This document shows positions 60,844 through 64,000 of a DNA stretch of 64,000 bases, piece by piece. Numbering within the stretch: position 1 is the stretch's first letter; each line of letters opens with the position of its first letter. Origin of the DNA: an uncultured Chloroflexia bacterium (lineage in GTDB: Bacteria > Chloroflexota > Anaerolineae > JAAYZQ01); contig CAVOXA010000001.1 of assembly GCA_963700285.1 (NCBI GenBank), forward strand, positions 576,001 through 640,000. The letters run 5' to 3'. A model generated the notes under the pieces. It saw nothing but the letters and a program-made list of their open reading frames with translations, had not been told where the DNA came from and did not search any database. The translations under genes and the position numbers were made by a program.

Positions 60844-61598
60844 TATGCCTGCGCCTCGTACGCAGCCATCAGCTCGTCCGAGATGTCCAGGTTTGAGAAT
60901 ACCTGCTGGACGTCCTCCAAATCTTCCAGCGTGGTGATCAGGTTCATGTTCTGAAAGGTTTGCTTTTGGTCGAGCTTGATGGTGGTCTTGGGCATCATGG
61001 TGACCTCTGCCGATTCCAAATTGAGACCGTGCTCTGTCAGGCCATCTCTCACCATTTGAAAGTCGGTAGCCTCGGAAAAGATCTCTACCAAATCCTCGCC
61101 AAAAGTGACATCGTCAGCGCCGCTTTCCACGGCCATATCAAAGACCTCGTCCGGGTCCAGATCGTCGGGGGCAACGGTAAAGTAGCCCCTGGGTTCGAAC
61201 TGCCAGGCCACACAGCCTGATTCGCCCAGGCTGCCGCCCAGCTTGTTGAACCAGCGCCGGATATCGGCCACGGCCCGGTTGCGATTGTCGGTGACCACCA
61301 GCATTAGCAGCGCGACGCCGTGCGGCCCATAGCCTTCGTAGGTGACCTCCTCCAGGATCGCGCCCTTTTCCAGTCCAGCCCCCCGGCGGATTGCCCGGTC
61401 GATGTTGTCCTTTGGCATGTTGGCTGCCTTGGCCTTGTCCATCACCAGCCGCAGCTTAAAGTTAGCTTCGATGTCTGGCCCGCCTTCTCGGGCGGCGAGG
61501 GATAGTTCCTTGCCTAGCTTGGTAAAGATCTGTCCTCTTTTGGCATCGGTTGCCGCCTTTTTCCGCTTGATCGTAGACCACTTGGAGTGCCCGCTCAA
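60843..61598 (-). CDS. yebC: YebC/PmpR family protein
   Basis: SGHSKWSTIKRKK, YEGYGP and TDNRNR motifs. Confidence 0.95.
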   Translation of the reverse strand: MSGHSKWSTIKRKKAATDAKRGQIFTKLGKELSLAAREGGPDIEANFKLRLVMDKAKAANMPKDNIDRAIRRGAGLEKGAILEEVTYEGYGPHGVALLMLVVTDNRNRAVADIRRWFNKLGGSLGESGCVAWQFEPRGYFTVAPDDLDPDEVFDMAVESGADDVTFGEDLVEIFSEATDFQMVRDGLTEHGLNLESAEVTMMPKTTIKLDQKQTFQNMNLITTLEDLEDVQQVFSNLDISDELMAAYEAQA

Positions 61599-61636
61599 AT
61601 GTACCTCCTACCTTTTTCCGCTAGCGAGCGGCATGC

Positions 61637-62308
61637 TCATGCCCGCTTGCCGCCTTTTAGTCTGCCTTGAAGTGCTTGAAGCCCGTCCCAGTCGCCGGAA
61701 GCGGCCAGGCTGGCTTGTTCGGGCCAGGTGTCGGGATGGGCTATCCGGAGCAACCGGGGATCGCTCTCTTCCAGAATCTGCCGCAGTTGGGCTGGATCGC
61801 TATCAGCCAATTGGACGTAGGTCAAGATCCCGCCTGCCTGAAGCACGTTTGCGATCTTGGGGCCGATCCCCTCAATGCGTTTCAGGTCATCTGGTTTGGC
61901 CGGGGCGGCAGGTTCCTCAGCCGCTGCCTCCATCTCTTCAGCCTCTGCTGCCATCTCTGCCGCAGGTTCTTCCACATTCACCTCATCCGCACGCGTTCCG
62001 AGTTCCGCGGCCGATGCTGCCACGGCGACTTTTTCCACAGGTGTTCCTTTCTTGATCTCAAGCGTTTCTTCCTCACTTATAGGTATAGGTGCCTCCACCT
62101 TGGCCTCTACGAGCGGCTGCTCAGGCTCAACCTCTAGACGTGGTGGCTCCGGCTCGATGGTGGGTGGTTGGGCCTTGATCTCGATGGCCTGCACGGTCGT
62201 CTCCTCCTCGCGCTGCCCCCATAGTTGCCATAACCACCATACCAGCAGTCCCAATCCCGCGACCGCCAGACTCAAAGCTACAAGTGCCATAAAAATTGGT
62301 CCTACCAT
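61637..62308 (-). CDS. Membrane-anchored protein with C-terminal helix-hairpin-helix domain
   Basis: N-terminal TM helix, Glu/Ala/Pro linker, and DDLKRIEGIGPK...TW.EQA.LA domain. Confidence 0.8.
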   Translation of the reverse strand: MVGPIFMALVALSLAVAGLGLLVWWLWQLWGQREEETTVQAIEIKAQPPTIEPEPPRLEVEPEQPLVEAKVEAPIPISEEETLEIKKGTPVEKVAVAASAAELGTRADEVNVEEPAAEMAAEAEEMEAAAEEPAAPAKPDDLKRIEGIGPKIANVLQAGGILTYVQLADSDPAQLRQILEESDPRLLRIAHPDTWPEQASLAASGDWDGLQALQGRLKGGKRA

Positions 62309-62444
62309 GGTTGTCTCCTCCTTTTCGTTGTGATTGTTTTTGGTTTGATCTAGCCTCACCTTGTTACTCCCTTCTTAATGTGCTAGAAGGCGCCCAGCCC
62401 CGGTCCGTAGCATCGCAGGATAGAGCACTGTGCCGATTAGCTGT

Positions 62445-64000
62445 TTACTTTGGTGCTACGCCTGGCAGGCGTTCCTCAATCTCCTCAAAATCAACTTGAC
62501 GGCCGATGAGCACCTCGCGCCCGCGCCCGGCTCCCTCATCCGGGCCGACGACGTCCTGTTCTTCCATTTGGTCCATCAGTCGGGCGGCACGTGGAAAACC
62601 AATCCGCAGTTGCCTCTGGATGAAGGAGGTCGACACCCGGTCCCTCCCCTCGATCAGAGCGATGGCTTCCGCCAGCTTGCCATCAAGCTGAGCGTCTGCC
62701 TCAGCTCCTGTCCAGGGTGAGAATAGTGGCGCCTGTTCCTCAACGGGTTCCTGGCCTCTCCAAAAGTCGGTCAGGCGCTGGATCTCGATATCCGAGACGA
62801 AACAGCCCTGAAGCCGGACGGGTGCTGCTTGCGAGGGTGACATAAACAGCATGTCGCCCCGGCCCAAGAGGTTCTCTGCGCCCCCCTGGTCGAGGATCAC
62901 GCGAGAGTCAATCTGACTGGTGACGGCAAAACTGATACGGGCCGGAAAGTTGGCCTTGATTAGGCCGGTCACGACATCCACACTGGGCCGCTGCGTGGCA
63001 ACCACCAGATGAATGCCCGTTGCCCGTCCCATCTGAGCTACGCGACAGAGGTGGCGTTCCACCTCGTCGGGGGCGGACATCATGAGGTCAGCTAGCTCGT
63101 CAATAAAGACGACCAAGTAAGGCAGCGGCTCTTCGTTCTTGCGGCGACTCATTCGCCGGTTGTACTCCTCCAGGTTCCGAACGCCAACCTTGTTGAATAT
63201 CTTGTAGCGACCGTCCATCTGGCGGGTGACCCAGGATAGCGCGCCTACTACTTGTTCAATGTCAATCACCACTGGAGCTAGCAGGTGAGGAATGCCGTTG
63301 TAGCCTGTCAGCTCGACCATTTTTGGGTCAACCATCAACATCTTGAGATCGCTTGGCGTGTTTCTGCACAGCAGGCAGCTGATGATGGTGTTTACGCAGA
63401 CGCTCTTACCCGACCCCGTGGCGCCAGCGATGAGCAGGTGGGGCATGAGGCCCAGATCCACCCCAACTGGGCTGCCAGAGACATCCTCGCCGAGAGCGAT
63501 GGCCAGTCCAGAATCGATGCGCTTGAACCCGGGCGACTCCATGATGGCGCGTAGGGATACCAACGAGACTACCTCGTTGGGCACCTCCAGGCCAACCACG
63601 GGCCGTCCCGGTACCGGTGCTTCGATGCGGATGGGTGATGCGGCCAGGGCCAAGGCCAGGTCGTTGGACAGGGCGGCGATTTTGCTTACCCGTACCCGAG
63701 TACGCTGTACTTCTCCGCCAGCAACCCGTCGTTCTGTGTAACCCGGGTCCAAGCCGTATTGGGTGATGGCGGGGCCCTGGTTCACTTCGACGACCCGGAC
63801 GGGAACCCCAAAGCTCTCCAGCGTGTCCTCAATGATCCGCGACTTGCGACGTGCGTCGGTGTCTCCATAGGCCCTGGGTGAGGCCGGATCTAGAAGTTCC
63901 AGTGAGGGAAGGTTTCCCGGCTGAGAGCGAGGCCCTGCCTGCTTTCTCCTGCCGGTTCTCTTGGACGTGCGCCTTCGTGTCTTGGCTTGTGCCCCGACCT
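62445..64000 (-). CDS. ftsK: DNA translocase FtsK/SpoIIIE (5' part outside the window)
   Basis: PHLLIAGATGSGKS, DPKMVEL, ATQRPSVDV and LLGRGDML motifs, with the gamma domain QRQLRIGFPRAAR. Confidence 0.95.
   Translation of the reverse strand, partial: VGAQAKTRRRTSKRTGRRKQAGPRSQPGNLPSLELLDPASPRAYGDTDARRKSRIIEDTLESFGVPVRVVEVNQGPAITQYGLDPGYTERRVAGGEVQRTRVRVSKIAALSNDLALALAASPIRIEAPVPGRPVVGLEVPNEVVSLVSLRAIMESPGFKRIDSGLAIALGEDVSGSPVGVDLGLMPHLLIAGATGSGKSVCVNTIISCLLCRNTPSDLKMLMVDPKMVELTGYNGIPHLLAPVVIDIEQVVGALSWVTRQMDGRYKIFNKVGVRNLEEYNRRMSRRKNEEPLPYLVVFIDELADLMMSAPDEVERHLCRVAQMGRATGIHLVVATQRPSVDVVTGLIKANFPARISFAVTSQIDSRVILDQGGAENLLGRGDMLFMSPSQAAPVRLQGCFVSDIEIQRLTDFWRGQEPVEEQAPLFSPWTGAEADAQLDGKLAEAIALIEGRDRVSTSFIQRQLRIGFPRAARLMDQMEEQDVVGPDEGAGRGREVLIGRQVDFEEIEERLPGVAPK

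Noticed and set aside
59760-61598. ruvB missing from yebC-ruvC-ruvA
   Set aside because: Separation of ruvB from ruvCA is common and ruvB may lie outside the window.

Overview
High-GC bacterial chromosomal window. Gene content and motifs suggest Chloroflexota, probably Anaerolineae (inference). Many genes carry clustered single-base frameshifts that look like long-read assembly errors, and reconstructed genes are reported across these breaks. From left to right: (1) 0.5-9.5 kb is a respiratory cluster with about 45 c-type heme motifs. It holds a 10-heme secreted cytochrome, a Rieske protein, split cytochrome b6/subunit IV, a 13-heme membrane-anchored cytochrome and a 22-heme NapC/NirT-headed cytochrome. 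A membrane sensor gene lies divergently upstream and a catalase remnant lies downstream. (2) A mixed region with an SLC13 transporter, a DEDDh-WYL fusion, tRNA-Arg, queG and secreted FG-GAP and beta-helix proteins. (3) An rnpB-tRNA-Leu-tRNA-Ala unit, rqcH and glycosyltransferases. (4) A 33.4-41.3 kb accessory/defence patch with a fused restriction-methylase, a PD-(D/E)xK nuclease, ogt and DUF4058. (5) A cobalamin-riboswitch-controlled ECF operon with two surface-anchored proteins and no visible S-component. (6) Core genes: sppA, dnaA, T-box valS, secDF, ruvAC, yebC and ftsK. Short REP-like and 7-9-nt tandem repeats recur across the window, several inside reading frames. A 32-bp direct repeat brackets ogt and DUF4058.
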